From contig QPMI01000623.1 in assembly GCA_004431415.1 (NCBI GenBank), forward strand, positions 104,470 to 168,469: a stretch of 64,000 nt of DNA. Reading direction: 5' to 3'. Origin of the DNA: Cyanophora paradoxa CCMP329. Its lineage: Eukaryota; Plantae; Glaucophyta. The notes below the pieces were generated by a model. It did not search any database and was not told the origin of the DNA. It saw only the letters and a program-made list of their open reading frames with translations. The first letter of the stretch is position 1. The number at the start of each line of letters is the position of its first letter. The position numbers were made by a program, and so were the translations under genes. Shown here piece by piece: positions 46,601 to 58,977 of the stretch.

Positions 46601-49472
46601 CGGACGGGTGGAGGAGGTTGACGTTGTTGGAGCCGACGAAGTTCTGCGCGAGCCTGCGCCGGCGTGAGCGGGGGCCGACGGCTGCGGAAAACGGCGGGCG
46701 CGCTTGATCATGGTGTCCATGAGGGAGACCTCGCCGTGGTGGTAGGCGGAGTGCTCGGAGATGTAGCCGGCGAGCTGCGCCACCTTGACATCCTCTCGCA
46801 ACCGCCGCTTGAAGCACGCGAAGAGGATCTTCCGCTGGCCCGGCTTGAGCCCGTCCACCATCGACGGGATCGAGCGCACGTTGTCCGCCTGCCGCCGGCT
46901 CGCGCGGGGCCGGCGAGCGAGGCGCGGGGCGGCGCGCCTGGGAGAAGAGGATGAGCTCCTTATCGACGAACTCCTTCAGGGGCAGCTGCGAGCGGTTGCC
47001 GTGGTCGAGGAAGGTCCCCGGCTGCGCCGGCGTCGGAGGCGGCGCGGGCAGGGGCCGGGGGCGGGGCGGCGGACGGCGCAGTTGAGGAGCCACTTCTTGC
47101 GCTCGTCGACGCGCTTGGAGGAGAAGGCGAGCTCGATGGCCTCGTCGTCGTGCGGGCCGGTGTGCGCGAACTCGATCCGGTGCTGCCCCAGGTCCGCAAA
47201 GTACTCCTTCGCCTCCGCCGCCGTGTTTGTGCCCAGACCTGCCTCCCCGTCAGGTCCTGCGGCACGAAGGGCGGGGCGGGGCGGGGGCGGGCCCTTGTAG
47301 TACTTGACGGACCAGCCGCGGGAGGCGGGGCTGTCCCGCCACTTCTCGTACTCCGGCATCGTGTAGAACGCGATCGTCTCCTTACCCTTGTGCGCCTGCG
47401 ACGAGGCCTCAGGGGCCGGCCCGGGGGCCGGTCGCGGCGCGGGGAGGCCGGGCTCGCCTTCACGATGGGGGTGATGAACTCGCAGAGGAAGCCCGGGATC
47501 TTGAGGAGGGAGGGCCACTGAGAGTGGATGAAGTTGATGAGGAGGCCCTTGATGTGCGACCCGTCGTGGTCCTGGTCCGTCATGATCATCAGGTGCCCGT
47601 ACCGCAGCGACCGCGTGTCCTCGTAGTTCTTCCCGTGCTGGAAGCCCATGATCTGCGCTCCTCCGTCAGCCCCGCCCGCCCCCGCCCGCCCCCGCCGCGG
47701 CGCTCGCCTTGCGGATGGCGTCGATCTCCTTGTTCTCGGAGAGCTGCTTGAACGTCGCCTCGCGCACGTTCAGCAGCTTGCCGCGGAGCGGGAAGACGCC
47801 GTAGCTGCGGGGCCGCGTGAGGAGAGAGGGGCGGGGGCCGAGGGCGGGGCGGACCGGTCGCGGCCGACGACGGAGAGGCCGGCGACGGCGAGGGCCTTGG
47901 CGGAGTCTCCCTCCGTGAGGATCAGCGTGCACTGGTCCGCGTTCCGCCCCCCCGCGTCGTTCGCGTCGTCCAACTGCTCCCGCGTCGGCACCGGGGGGCG
48001 AGGCCGGCCGCGCGCGGCGCTCGGCGGGCGGACCTTGTCGATTCCGACGAGGCGCTGCTTCTTCGTGCCGTCCTTCTTCTTAAGGGCGTTGCTCTGCTTG
48101 AATTTGGCGAACTCCATGAGCTGGTCCACGATTCCGGACTTCATCACTGCGCCCCGGCCGTCACGCGCGGGCCGCCCCGCCCCGGTCCCTCTGCCCGCGC
48201 ACCCTTCTTGATGATGTCTTCGCTGAGCTCGCACTTGGAGCCGAACGAGCTCGCCTGCGGGTGGCGGGCGGGGTGAGCGCCCACGTTGGAGCGGGCAAGG
48301 GGCGGCGGACCTTGAGGGTCATGTTCTCCTTGGTCTGCGAGTCGAACGCGGGGTTCTCAATGAGGCAGTTGATGAAGACGAAGAGGTAGTTCTTAACCTG
48401 CGCGCGCCACCCGCGTCAGGAGCGGGCGAGCGCGGCGCGAGCGCGGCGCGCACTTGGTGGTTCTTGAGCTGGATGCCCTTGACCTTCTTGTTGACGGCCT
48501 CGAGGAGCTTGCCGGTGACTTGGTCGGAGACGTAGTTGACGTGGGTGCCGCCCTTGCTGGTGCTGATGCTGTTGACGAAGCTGACCTGCTGGAACTGGCC
48601 GTCCGAGACGGCGACGCAGACCTCCCAGCGGTCGTTGACCTTCTCGTAGAAGCGCGGCTGCTCGCCCTTGTCGCCCTTGAAGTAGAGACTGACGTAGTCC
48701 TTGAAGCCCTTCACGGAGATGCGCGTACCGTTGAGGAAGACCTTGCAGCTCGACGTGCCCGCCACGTCGTACACGCGCTTCGTGAAGAGAGCCACAATGT
48801 CGTCGTCCAGGCCCTCCATGTGGAAGCGCCGCAGGTCCGGCACGAACGAGATCGACGTCCAGTTGTCCGACGCCTTGCAAGATTTGATCTCCGGCTCCCC
48901 GCGTCCTGCATGTTGTTCCGGAACACCTGCCGGTAACGCCGCCCGCGGCCGCCGTCGGCCGTCTCGACGATGAACTCGCGCGAGTAGATGTTCGTGAGCT
49001 TCGCGCCGTATCCGTTGCGCCCGCCGACGACCTTCTTCTCGTTGTCGTCGTAGTTGCTGGAAGTCAGCAGGTGCCCGAAGATCATCTCAGGAATGTAAAT
49101 CTGCTCCTCCTTGTGGATCTCGACGGGGATGCCCGACCCGTTGTTCCAGACGCTGATGCGGTTGTTCTCACGATCGATCTCAACTTTGATCGTGTCCATG
49201 TTCGCGTCGCGCTGCTTGTGGTCTGCAGCGTTAACGAGGATCTCGTCGAAGATCTTGAAGAGCCCCGGCGAGAAGGTCACAGGCCTGAACACCATGCCCT
49301 TGTCTCCGTCAAAGACCCAGAGCGGCAGCGACTGCTTCTCTGTGGACCCAATGTACGTGTCGGGCCGCAGGAGGATGTGCTCAAGCTGCGACTTCTTCTG
49401 ATAGATCTGCTCCAGCGTGCGCCCGCCATCGTTGCCGCCCGCAACGCCAAGAGCTTTCTTCGTAGTAGCCAT
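43619..49472 (-). CDS. TOP2: DNA topoisomerase II (type IIA), about 21 exons
   Basis: EHILLRPDTYIGS, FDEILVNA, GGRNGYGAK, TEGDSA, PLRGKLLNV, IMTDQDHDGSHIKGL, DGLKPGQRK and catalytic AASPRYIFT. 20 introns (8 GC-AG). Two 1-nt frameshifts at short homopolymers (about 48899 and 44797). Confidence 0.97.
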
Positions 49473-49883
49473 TCTGCTTACCTGCGTGCTGCGGGCGCTC
49501 CTCGCTCGCCTGCGCGGAACATGAGACCGCGCAAGCTCTCCAGACGCGGAACGCCGCCGGAAGGCGGTGCAAGCGGATGCTGGGGAGCGCCGCACCTGCT
49601 TGTCAGTCCAAACGCGGCCGCGCTCGCCGCCGCCGGACTGCGACCGTTGTTGGAAGACACGTACCCTGAGTTCGTCCCCCTCGTCCGAAATACTATACCC
49701 ACACACTCTCTGCGCCGCCTGCGCGACAACAACCGGCTCTCCGGCAGGGCTCTCCGGCAGGGCCACGTGCTCCGGTGCCTGCGGCGCCAGCTCCAAACCA
49801 TAAAGTAGCTATTCAGCGATTCAGGCGCCACGGTGCTAGCTTCCACGGTCCACGAATCGAGCGGGGGCTAGGCCCAGCTGGGG

Positions 49884-51660
49884 ATGCGCCGGGCCGGCAA
49901 CGCGGACCGGCTCGCGCCGCCCCCGACCCCGCCTCCCGGCCCGCTCGTGCGAGCACCGTTTGCGACGGAGGCGGACGAGCTTGAGCGCGTCAGCCTCCCG
50001 CGCAACCACGGTGAGGCTGCTGAGGGTTCGGTTGCTTGTGTGCGCGTCGATCTGGGCCGCTGCGCAGGTCCCGGAGACGCCCGTACGCGGGGAAGGGCGA
50101 GCCGCGGCAGCCGCACCGGGCCCGACGATGAGGACTACTGCTACAAGGCCCCGTCGAGCTCCGGGGGCGCGTCGCTGTACGCTCGGCCTGCGCGGAGCGG
50201 GCAGGAGCAGGCGATGGTGGCGAGGCCGGGGAGCCGGGGCGGCCGCTCGGCGAGCTTCGCGGAGGACGAGCCGCTGTACCGCCAGCCGCGAGAGCGCGTG
50301 GCACGGGACGGACCGGAGCCGGCCCAGACGCGAGAGGAGCGCCTGCGGGAACGGCAGGCCCGGCGCACCGCCGTCCCCACCCCCTCGCAATCGACATGTG
50401 CGCGGGCGCCCCGCCGCAGCCGCGCCCGCGCGCCCACAAATGGTCGTATCCACAGCATCGATGGGGTCGTCGCGGCGAGTGAGCGCCCTGAGGAGGAGCG
50501 TGATCGACGTCAGGCGACGGGGCGACGGGGAGGAGGTCGAGGAGGGGTCCCCCGAGGGCGGCGTCCGCTGGCGCGAGGAGGAGGAAGAAGAGGAGGAGGA
50601 GCCCGAGCGGGCGCCCTCCCGGGCCTCGTCCCGGGCCGAGCGAAGGCGGGAGGAGAAAGCGGGCGGGGCGCCCTGGTTCCCGTTCGGGAAGGGCGGGGGC
50701 GGGGCGGGGGCGCCGCTGCGGGACGAGGAGGGGGAGGCGGTGGCGGACCTGAAGGGGCTGCGCGGCCGGAGCATCACGCGGCACGACGAGGAGGAGGACC
50801 CCGATGAGAGCCTCCTCCGCACCCGTTCCGCCCGCCGCTACCGCGCCGATCTCCAACGCCAGATTCGCGAGAAGCAGGAGCGCGCCGCCCGCCAGAAGCA
50901 GGTACGCCCTCCGCCCGCCCCGCCCTGCGAGGCGGCGGCGAGCGGGGCGGCGGCAGGAGGAGCGCGAAGACGACGCGCGGCGAGAGCGGCAGCTCGCCGA
51001 CGAGCAGCGCGCCATCGCCGCGCGCGCCGCCGCCGAGAAGGTCCGCCCGCTTCGGCCCGGCCGGCCCGCCCCGCCCCGGCCCCCTGACCGCCCGGCAGGC
51101 GCGGGAGGAGGGCGGCAACCCACCGGCGGCGGGAGCGGGGCCGGCGGCGAGGCCGGCGCCTTCGTCGCCGCGGCGGCAGGGACGAGGCGCGGAGGGGCGC
51201 GGAGGCGGAGCGGGAGGGCGCGGGGCGAGGAGCGGGAGCGCGGCCCTGCACGCGGCGCGCACGCCGCCACGCGGGCAACCCCGGAAGATCGCGAGGAGGA
51301 GGAGGAGGAGGAGGAGGAGGAGCGGGGCCGGGGCCGAGGCGGGCGGGGCGGGGCGGGGCGGGGGCGGGGAGGGTCGGAGGCGGTGGCGCTGCGGCGGAAG
51401 CTGGAGCGCTTGGAGAGAGCATTCTGGGACGAACGCGATGCTGAGCGTGCGATGCCCGTGCGGCTCCGCCCTCCGCATCCGCGTCATCGCCTCGGCGCTC
51501 GAGGAGGACGGTGCCCACCCGCCCGCCCGCCCCCGCCCGCCACCGCGCCCGACCAAGGCCGCCGCCGCAACGCAGGCACCGTGCGGTGGAGCGCCAGCGT
51601 CGTGGCGGCGTCACGTAGCGCCACCAATCTGCTCCCACTACAGCTAGGCTTGCCCAAGTA
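49884..51660 (+). CDS. CSPP1/CCDC66-like centrosome or ciliary protein
   Basis: PFGKGGGGAGAPLRDEEGEAVADL resembles the CSPP1 GGGAPLRDxxG motif; YRADLQRQIREKQER resembles the CCDC66-type helix. Confidence 0.55.
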
Positions 51661-51824
51661 GCTTACTTGAGTTTTCGTTCAGACTCCTGTTCAATATTCA
51701 AACTGCACTAGATCGCTATCTGGCCTGCACTATCGATAACAGTAGACTAGCTGCAGCGGAGCGATCCGAGGAGGAAAGGAGCGAGAGGGAGAAGGCGGCG
51801 ATAGGGTTGGTGTCGGGGCGCGGG

Positions 51825-54574
51825 CTAGGAGACGCGGGCGACGGGGGGCGTGGGGGGCAGGATGGGCTGCGCGGCGGCCGTCGCGAGGACGGAGGAGGCG
51901 ACGGTGCCGCGAAGGTAGGCGTTCTCGCGCTCGAGCTCGGCGGCGCGGGCCTGCAGGCGGGAGACGAGGTCGGCCTCGCCGTCGGCCACCTGCTCCGCGC
52001 GCAGCCGGGCGACCTCGGAGCGCAGCTGCCCCGCCTCGGAGCGCAGCTGCCCGAGCTCGCCGGCCATCCTCCGGCCCTCCTCCTCCTGCACCGCTAGGCG
52101 CGCGAGCTCGCCCCGCATCGCGTCCACCTCCCCCGCCAGCCGCCCGTTCTCCGCTACCGCCCGCTTGAACTCGTCCCGCAGCCGCCCCAGCGCCTCCGCC
52201 TCATCCGCCCCGGCGCCGGCCGCCTCCGCCGCCGCGGCCGACGAGGACGAGGCGACGGCCGCGGCGAGGGCGGCGCGCAGCTCCTCGTTCTCTTTGCGGG
52301 CCTCGACGACCTGCCGCGCGAGGCGCTCGGCGATCTCGCTGCCGCCTTGGTGATGCCGACGTGGCCCCTCCGCCGCCTCGATCGCCCCAGGATGCACGAG
52401 AGCACCAGGTTCTCCGACATCAGCGCCGCGTCGCCGCTGGCGGCCTCCGGGGCGGCCGCGGCACGGGCGCGTGCGGGAGGCCGGTGAGGCGGCGGAGAGG
52501 TCGGCGGCGAGGCGGTCGCGCTCGGCGGTCATCGCCGCGAGCTGCTCCTGCAGCACCGCCTTCTCCTGCCGCAGGCTCTTCAGGCCCTCCGCCGTGATCC
52601 TGCCCCTCGGGGCGTCAGCGGGGCGGCAGGCGGGGCAGTTGGGGCTGGGCGGGGCGGGGCGGGGCGCGGGGCACCGCTCGAGGCGCTCGACCTTCTTCAT
52701 CCCCTGCTTCTCGAACGTCGCGATCCGCTTCTTCAGCTGCGCGCCCATGAGCGCCGGCCCGAGCGGCCCCGCAGGCGGCGCACGTTGATGTTCTCCACCC
52801 GGAGCGACACGAGCAGCGACTCGATCATCTGCACCGCCGCGGGACTGCGCGGATGCCGTCGGCCCCCTGCCACGCGGGCCGGCGGCGGCGGGCGGCGCGC
52901 ACTGTTCCCGTCCTTATCGCGGGGAGGACGAGGCGGGGATGTGCGCGTTGGGGTGCGTTGGGTGCTGCATGAGCATCACCTGCGGGGCCGGCGTCACGGG
53001 GAGCGGGGCCGGGCGGGGCGGGACGGGGCGGGACCTGGGCGCGCTGCATGTCCTGGGGCCCTGCCCTTGCCCTTGTCCTCCTTGACTTCTCGGGGCGGCG
53101 GGCTCTCGAAGAGGAGACGAGGAGGAGGTCCTTGAGGTCGCCCTTCTCCTCCATGAGGTACGCGAAGCCCGGCTCATCGTCGCCAGGTCCGACCGGCACG
53201 TCTCCATCGCCTCCCGCAGCCGCCGTTCTCCTCCTCCGTCCCCGTCTTCGCGGCGCTGAAATCGTCGAACTTGGACTGCAGCGTGATGTACCGGTTCTGC
53301 AGGTCTGTGTGCTGCACGCACGCCAGGTCCAGCATCTTCTTCGCCTGTTGTACTGCGACTCCAGCTCGTTCTTGATCTTCGTGAAGCTCTCCTGCATGTT
53401 CGCGTTCTCCTCGTACGCCAGCGTCAGCGCCGCCTCGATCCCCGTCCGATCCTGCTCCAGCTTCATGCAGTGTTGCTCGAGCGCCTTCATGTACTCCTTC
53501 ATCTGCTCCGACTCTTTCGTCGTCCGCTCCAGCTTCTCCGAGACCTCCTGCACCTTGATTTTCGTCACCACCTGCTCGTCCGCTCCGTGTTGCAACCCAC
53601 GTGCTTCATGTCCGCCAGCAGCTCCTGCATCAAGCTGCCTCCGCCGCTTAGCACGGCCTCCCGCTAAGGTCGGCCGGGCACAGACCTCGATTTCTTCTTG
53701 ATCGAGTCGATGCGCTGCCTGGAGAAGCGGTCGATGCCGTTCGCCACGATCTTGCCAACGCGGTGCAGCTCCTCGATGATGTAGAACATCTGTCGCAGCA
53801 TCAGCGACACCCAGCGCAAGCCGGGCGGCCGCGTGTTGAAAAAAAGGTGCGGAAACGGATGCTCGGACAAACCTGGTCTAGGCTCTGCACCTCGCGGTGA
53901 AGTACGTGATGACCTAGACGGCGCAGCGGTCAGCCGGGCAGGCCAGATGTGGTTTGCGACTGCGTACTTGTGCACGCTCCTGCTCCCACTCAAGGCAGTT
54001 CGCGTACTTCTTCTGCTCGAGCGCCCGGATCTGCGCAACCCGCCGCGGCCTAAGACCTTCACAGCTGAGAGCGCGCGGCTCTCGGACCTGCTGCTGGAAC
54101 TCAGCGTGCCAATGTAGCTTCTCGAGCACGGACTCAGGCTGCTCTACCGGCTGGAAGCGCGGCTAAGCAGTTTCAAGAGGGGTTCGAAGGAGCCAGCGGA
54201 CCGGTCCGGAAGCAGCCTGGCAGCCAAGTCGTCGGCGACGGCGTAGCATCGTCTCGGAGTGCAGCTGCAACGATGAAACGCGCAAAATCAGGGTGCGGTG
54301 ACCGGGCTGCTCTTAGTGGGCCGCCGAGCCAGGGCTTTGCGCGGCCGTGGCCGGGGGCTGGGCTGACGAGTGCAATGACTGCGGCTGCTCTAAATCTCGG
54401 GGCCGTCTGTGCACCTCTTACGTTGTTCGCGTTCCCTGGCTGGACCTTGTTCGTGCGCGAGGTCGCACGCTTCAGATCGTCGTCGCTGTCAAGCGAGTCC
54501 GCGAACTTGACCTTCGCTGCAGGGGCGAGGACGCGGCCGCGGTCAGCCTGGCCGGAAGACCACAACTCAAGCAT
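51825..54574 (-). CDS. Hypothetical long coiled-coil protein
   Basis: Heptad-rich exons (VQEVSEKLERTTKESEQMKEYMKALEQ, LRQEKAVLQEQLAAMTAERDRL) with typical introns; some apparent indel frameshifts. Confidence 0.65.
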
Positions 54575-55099
54575 CGAGCTCCGAGCCAGTGCCCCGGCAG
54601 CGACGGGCAGGAAACTATGGCTAGAGTGTGATACAAAGAACGCACGCTTCGGGCCAGCATCGTGCGGGTCTGCGAAGCACGCGGCGGAGGCTCTTAGCCC
54701 CTTTGAGGGGTACGTGTCCTTTGAATCGGGGATACCTTCGCTGCCTCAGCTGGCAGTTCCGCCCGTCCGGGCCCGTTCCGAGCCGCTGAGCCTCAGGCCA
54801 GCGCATATATAGCTAGTACTAATCCCTCTGTTCACAGCATCCTTACGTGCACGTACTACGGTAGACGCGTGTCGACGTCGGAGTCGTGTGGATCGTGTTT
54901 GTTCAATGCGTCTATATCTGTGTCACCGTACGCGTATACGTATGCGGCGGCGTGCGAATCGGCGCCCGCGACGCGGCGACACTAGTACTAGTATACGTAC
55001 TGCGCATGCTGAATCGATTGAGCGTGTGTTTTTGAGCATGTTGGAGGTAGCGGCGCGTGCTTCAGCGACAAGTGAGCGGCTACTCTCGGAGAAGCGTAA

Positions 55100-58000
55100 T
55101 TTCAAGGCGCCCGGGGGTTGGCGTCGGGGTCGAGGGAGCAAGGGGCGCGAGCTCGAGCTCAGGCCGCGCGGGATCCGGACCTGGACGCTGTGTGTCCCTG
55201 GGCGATGGTCGCGTGGCGGCCGCAGGGGCTCGCGGCCCCCTCGAGGCGCCGGGGCGGGCTGGCGCGGGGCGGCCGTGGGCGGGAGGGCAGGGATGCGCGA
55301 CGTGGGGCGCAGGCAGCGACCTCCTCGACGAGCTGCGGGGGCGTCGGCGCGGGGCGGTGGGCGGGGTGGCGGGGCGCGCCTGGAGATGCGCCGACTGCGG
55401 GCGCCGTAGTCATCGGCGAGACGGGCGCGCTCCTCGAGCTTTCCCGCCAGCGCCGCGCTCCGCTCGATGAGGCCGCGTTCTCCTCATACAGCAGCTGCCG
55501 CAGCGCCCGCGTCACCGCCCCGCCCCGCCCCGCCCCCGCGCCAGAACCGGTGCCACCCACCTGCACGAGGACAGCAGCTTCTGTGGAGCGCCCCCGCCGC
55601 CTCCCCCGCCTGCCGCTCCCTGCCGCGTGGCGCGCCGTCAGCGCGCCGGCGCACGGGCTGGCGTTCAGGCTCACTCGCGGCCCGCTCCTCGTTGCCGCGA
55701 GCGCGCCCGCTTCCTGCCAGGCCATCAGCGTAGGGGCACACGCACGGGTCAGAAGGCGGCCGCGCGCCTGCTGCTGCCGCAGGCGCCGAGGCGGGCGTCG
55801 GCGGCGTGGAGCGCCAGGCGCGCAGATCGAGCGCCGGATGCGCCGCTCGCCCGAGTCCGCGACGATGCGCTCGAGCGCCGCGAGCGGCCGCCGCCGCGTG
55901 TGCGAGCGCCAGCCCAGGAAGGCCCGCCGCGCCGCAACGAGGGCGCATTTCCTTGCGAGCGCTCCTGTGACGGCGCGTCGGGAGAGCCAGCAGGACGGAG
56001 GGAGCGGGGGCCGCACGGCCGCGGAGCAGGCGCGAGAGGCGCAGCGAGGTCGTGGGCCGAGGCGAGCCAGAGACGGCAGCGTCGCGGCGGCGTGGAGGCG
56101 CGGTGCGGGCGGCGAGATGCGCCTGCCAGATGCGAAAGACGCCCGCAGCGCTGCTCGTCCCACCGCTGCCGCTGCGCCCGCACGCAGCGCCAGTCGTCTC
56201 CGAACTTCGACCGCTCCCCGCCAGGCACGCAAGGCGCGCCGCTGCAGCTTGCGCAGCGGAGCGCCGCGGCCTCAGCGCGGCGAGCGCCAGGTGGCGAGGC
56301 CCGCGCGACGAGCGCGATCCAGCACACGCCGCGCCGCCGCGAGGCCCTTCGCCCTCCGCCGCCGCCTCGCGCGACCCGCCACGCCCGCAGCGCCCGCTTA
56401 GAGGCACAGCCCGGACGGGGGCGGCGCCCCCCGGTCCGACCGCTCCTTCAAGGAGGCCCACCGCCAGAGGCCGAGGCAGCCTCGAGGGTCCGGCGGCGAA
56501 GACGCGCATCAACTTTGGCTCTGGCGGCCTCGAGTGCGCGCCCTCCGAGCGGCGCGCGCATGCGAGTAAGGCGTGCCGCAGGGCCGCGGCGATCGACCGC
56601 AACGAGGGCGGCGGCCGCCGCCCCGCGCGCCTTCCGCCGTCGCTCCGCGCTCTGCAGGTCGCCAGGTGAGGGTACGGGCGTGGGAGGGGAAGGCGCGCAC
56701 TGCTGCCAGAGCGAGAGGGCGCCGAGGAGCGCCCGGACGCGTGCCGGGCGAGCGCGGCGCGCAGGAGGACGGCGCGCCGGCGCTCGCCGCCGCCCATGCC
56801 CGCCATTGGCGAACGCGCTACGCGCGGGCGGGGAGGGCTCGAGGGCCCTACCCAGCACCGCGACCGCCTGCGCAGCGTGGCTCGCGGGCCCGGCCCGGGC
56901 GCTCGCCACGCGCACTGCTTCCGCCGCTCGGCCGCCCGCGCCAGAGGCGAACGCCGCCCGCGCGCGGTGCGCGGCTTGCCACGCGCTGAGCTGACCGCCG
57001 CCTGCCTTAAGCCGATGCCCCGCCACGGCGCCTTGCCAGCGAGACCATGCGCCCGCAGCGCTGCCCGGCGCCGGGTGCCCAGCGCGAGCTGCACGGCCGC
57101 GTCCTGCGCCGCGGCCGCCTGCACGGGTGCGACGCTCCGTCAAGTGCGGGGCGGCGCGGGTCGCGCGCACGTGGCGGCGGAGAGCGCGGAGCCGTGCTCA
57201 AGTCCTCGACGCGGCGTTCGGCCGCTGCCAGCGCCTGCCGCGCGGCGCGCAGCTCGCCCTCAGCCGCTTCCCGCCCGCGACGGCCTCGCTCCGTTCGCCC
57301 TCGAGCATCGCCGCGTTTCGCTTGCCTGCACATGGGCGTCCGTGCGATGGAGCGAGGCTGCGCGAGCGGTGCACCGCTTCGGCCTCCTCGCGAACGTGAG
57401 TAGCTGGAGCTCGGCGGCGCGGCGGCGGTGCGGCGTGGCGACCTGCCTCCTCGGAGGCTGACATCCACGCACGCGCCGCCTCGAGCTCTGCCCCTGCTGC
57501 CGCCCCGCTCCGCCGCTTCCGCCTGCCCCGAGCGCACCGTCAGACGCCCCGTGAGCCGGGCCCCAAGGCGGTGCACCAGCTCGCGGGCTGCCGCGTCGAG
57601 CTCGCGCTGCAGGCCGGCCGCCTGCCCAGCGAGCTGCTCGCAGCGCGCGCGGCTGCGTGCGGCTTCTCCTCTGCCTCCGTCAGCTCCGCGGCGAACCGCG
57701 CAGCCTCGTCCTCGGCCTTGGCGGAATGGCCGCGGCGTCGGCAAGGTCGCGCGGAGACGCTCGAGCTCCGCCTCGGCCGCGTCGCCTCCACCAACGCGCC
57801 GCCAGCTGCTGCCGACTCGCGCCGCCTCCGCCCTCGCCGCCGCAGCTCCCCGTCCGCCTCCTCCGCTCCCTCGCGCCCGCGCGCGCGCCTCGCGAGCTCC
57901 GCCGCAACGCATCGAGGCCGCGGCGTCCCGTCGACAGCGCCTCGCGGGAGCCGCCGCACGGCGTCCGCTCCCCGCCGCCCCGCCCGTTCCTCCCTCGCCT

Positions 58001-58820
58001 GCTCGCCTCCTCGCGCACCGCCGCGAGCTCCAGCCGCAGCGCCGCGGAGACCTCCTCGGCCGCCCCTCGCGCCTGCTCGCGCTGCAGAGCTCGCTCCGCT
58101 GCGCGAGCTGCGGGTGTGCGACCTCGTCAACATTTGATTTCGATTTTTGTCACGAGGGGCGCGCGATGCCTCGACGAAAGAGTACCGCGCTCCGCAAGCA
58201 GCTCGTCACCTGCGCGGCAGCGAAGTTCAAATGAAATCTCGAATGCAGCCGTCGGCGTCATCACGCTCACCTGAGCTTGCAATTCCCTCTCGCTCGATCG
58301 ACGCTCGCCTTCGCAGCTGCGGCCGCGGCGAGCATTTTTGCCAGCGCCTCCCGATCAGCCTTCGCCACACTTGCCGTCTCTTGCGCCTCCTTGCATCGAG
58401 CGATCTGTGCTGTCGTTCAAGCTCCGCCTCCTCGCGCCCGCTCCGCCTGCACATGTGCGTATGTTTTTCTCGAGCGAGTGCTGCCCGGGCAGCGCACGCC
58501 TCCAAGCGAGCCCGTGTCTCTTCAGCTCTTCTCCAGAACGCCGACCACGCGCTTCTGCTCTTTCAGATCACGCGCCAGGTCGACCTTGAGCCGAAATGCT
58601 TCCGAAAGCGTATTTTTCGTATGCGTGAGGACAGTATCCGCGCCAGCAGCTTCTTCGATAGACTGAGAGCGCTGCCGCACGATGTCGCTCTCGTAGTTAG
58701 CTCTCCCCCGGATCTAGGAGCTGCGGTCAATCGACGCGGACGAGGCGGGGGGCGGTGAACCTTCTACTGTCGTATTAGGATCGCCACGGCTTATCCGCGT
58801 ACAGGCTTCGAATTTCCATG
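55100..58820 (-). CDS. Hypothetical coiled-coil protein with Trp-containing helical repeats (Sfi1-like); boundaries uncertain
   Basis: N-terminal heptads (FRLKVDLARDLKEQK) then repeated ..AF..W.. helices (RRAFLGWRSH, RAWRGAV, TLMAWQEA); several frameshifts prevent a clean model. Confidence 0.4.
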
Positions 58821-58977
58821 CGCTGGCGCTTGTGTCCTCACCACCGGTGTGCGCTCGGGTCGGGAAGCGCTAGATCCATCTCTTCAACGCCCGCCGCGCC
58901 TGCATCTCTACGCTTTGCGACGCCTGTGGCGGCGCTAGAGTAATACCGCCGAGTGTGCTGCTCGCGGCGCACGGCCT

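Noticed and set aside
48895-48902. Frameshift in TOP2 exon 1 (and others at about 44797, 11230 and in the 53300-58600 genes) as programmed frameshifting or pseudogenisation
   Set aside because: The TOP2 cases are single missing bases in short G/C runs of an essential, otherwise intact gene with no slippery heptamer; long-read indel error is more likely. Short reads would settle it.
49473-49484. Strong CAG|GTAAGC donor 9 nt upstream of the TOP2 ATG as evidence of an alternative N-terminus
   Set aside because: No supportable acceptor or in-frame product could be identified without transcript data.
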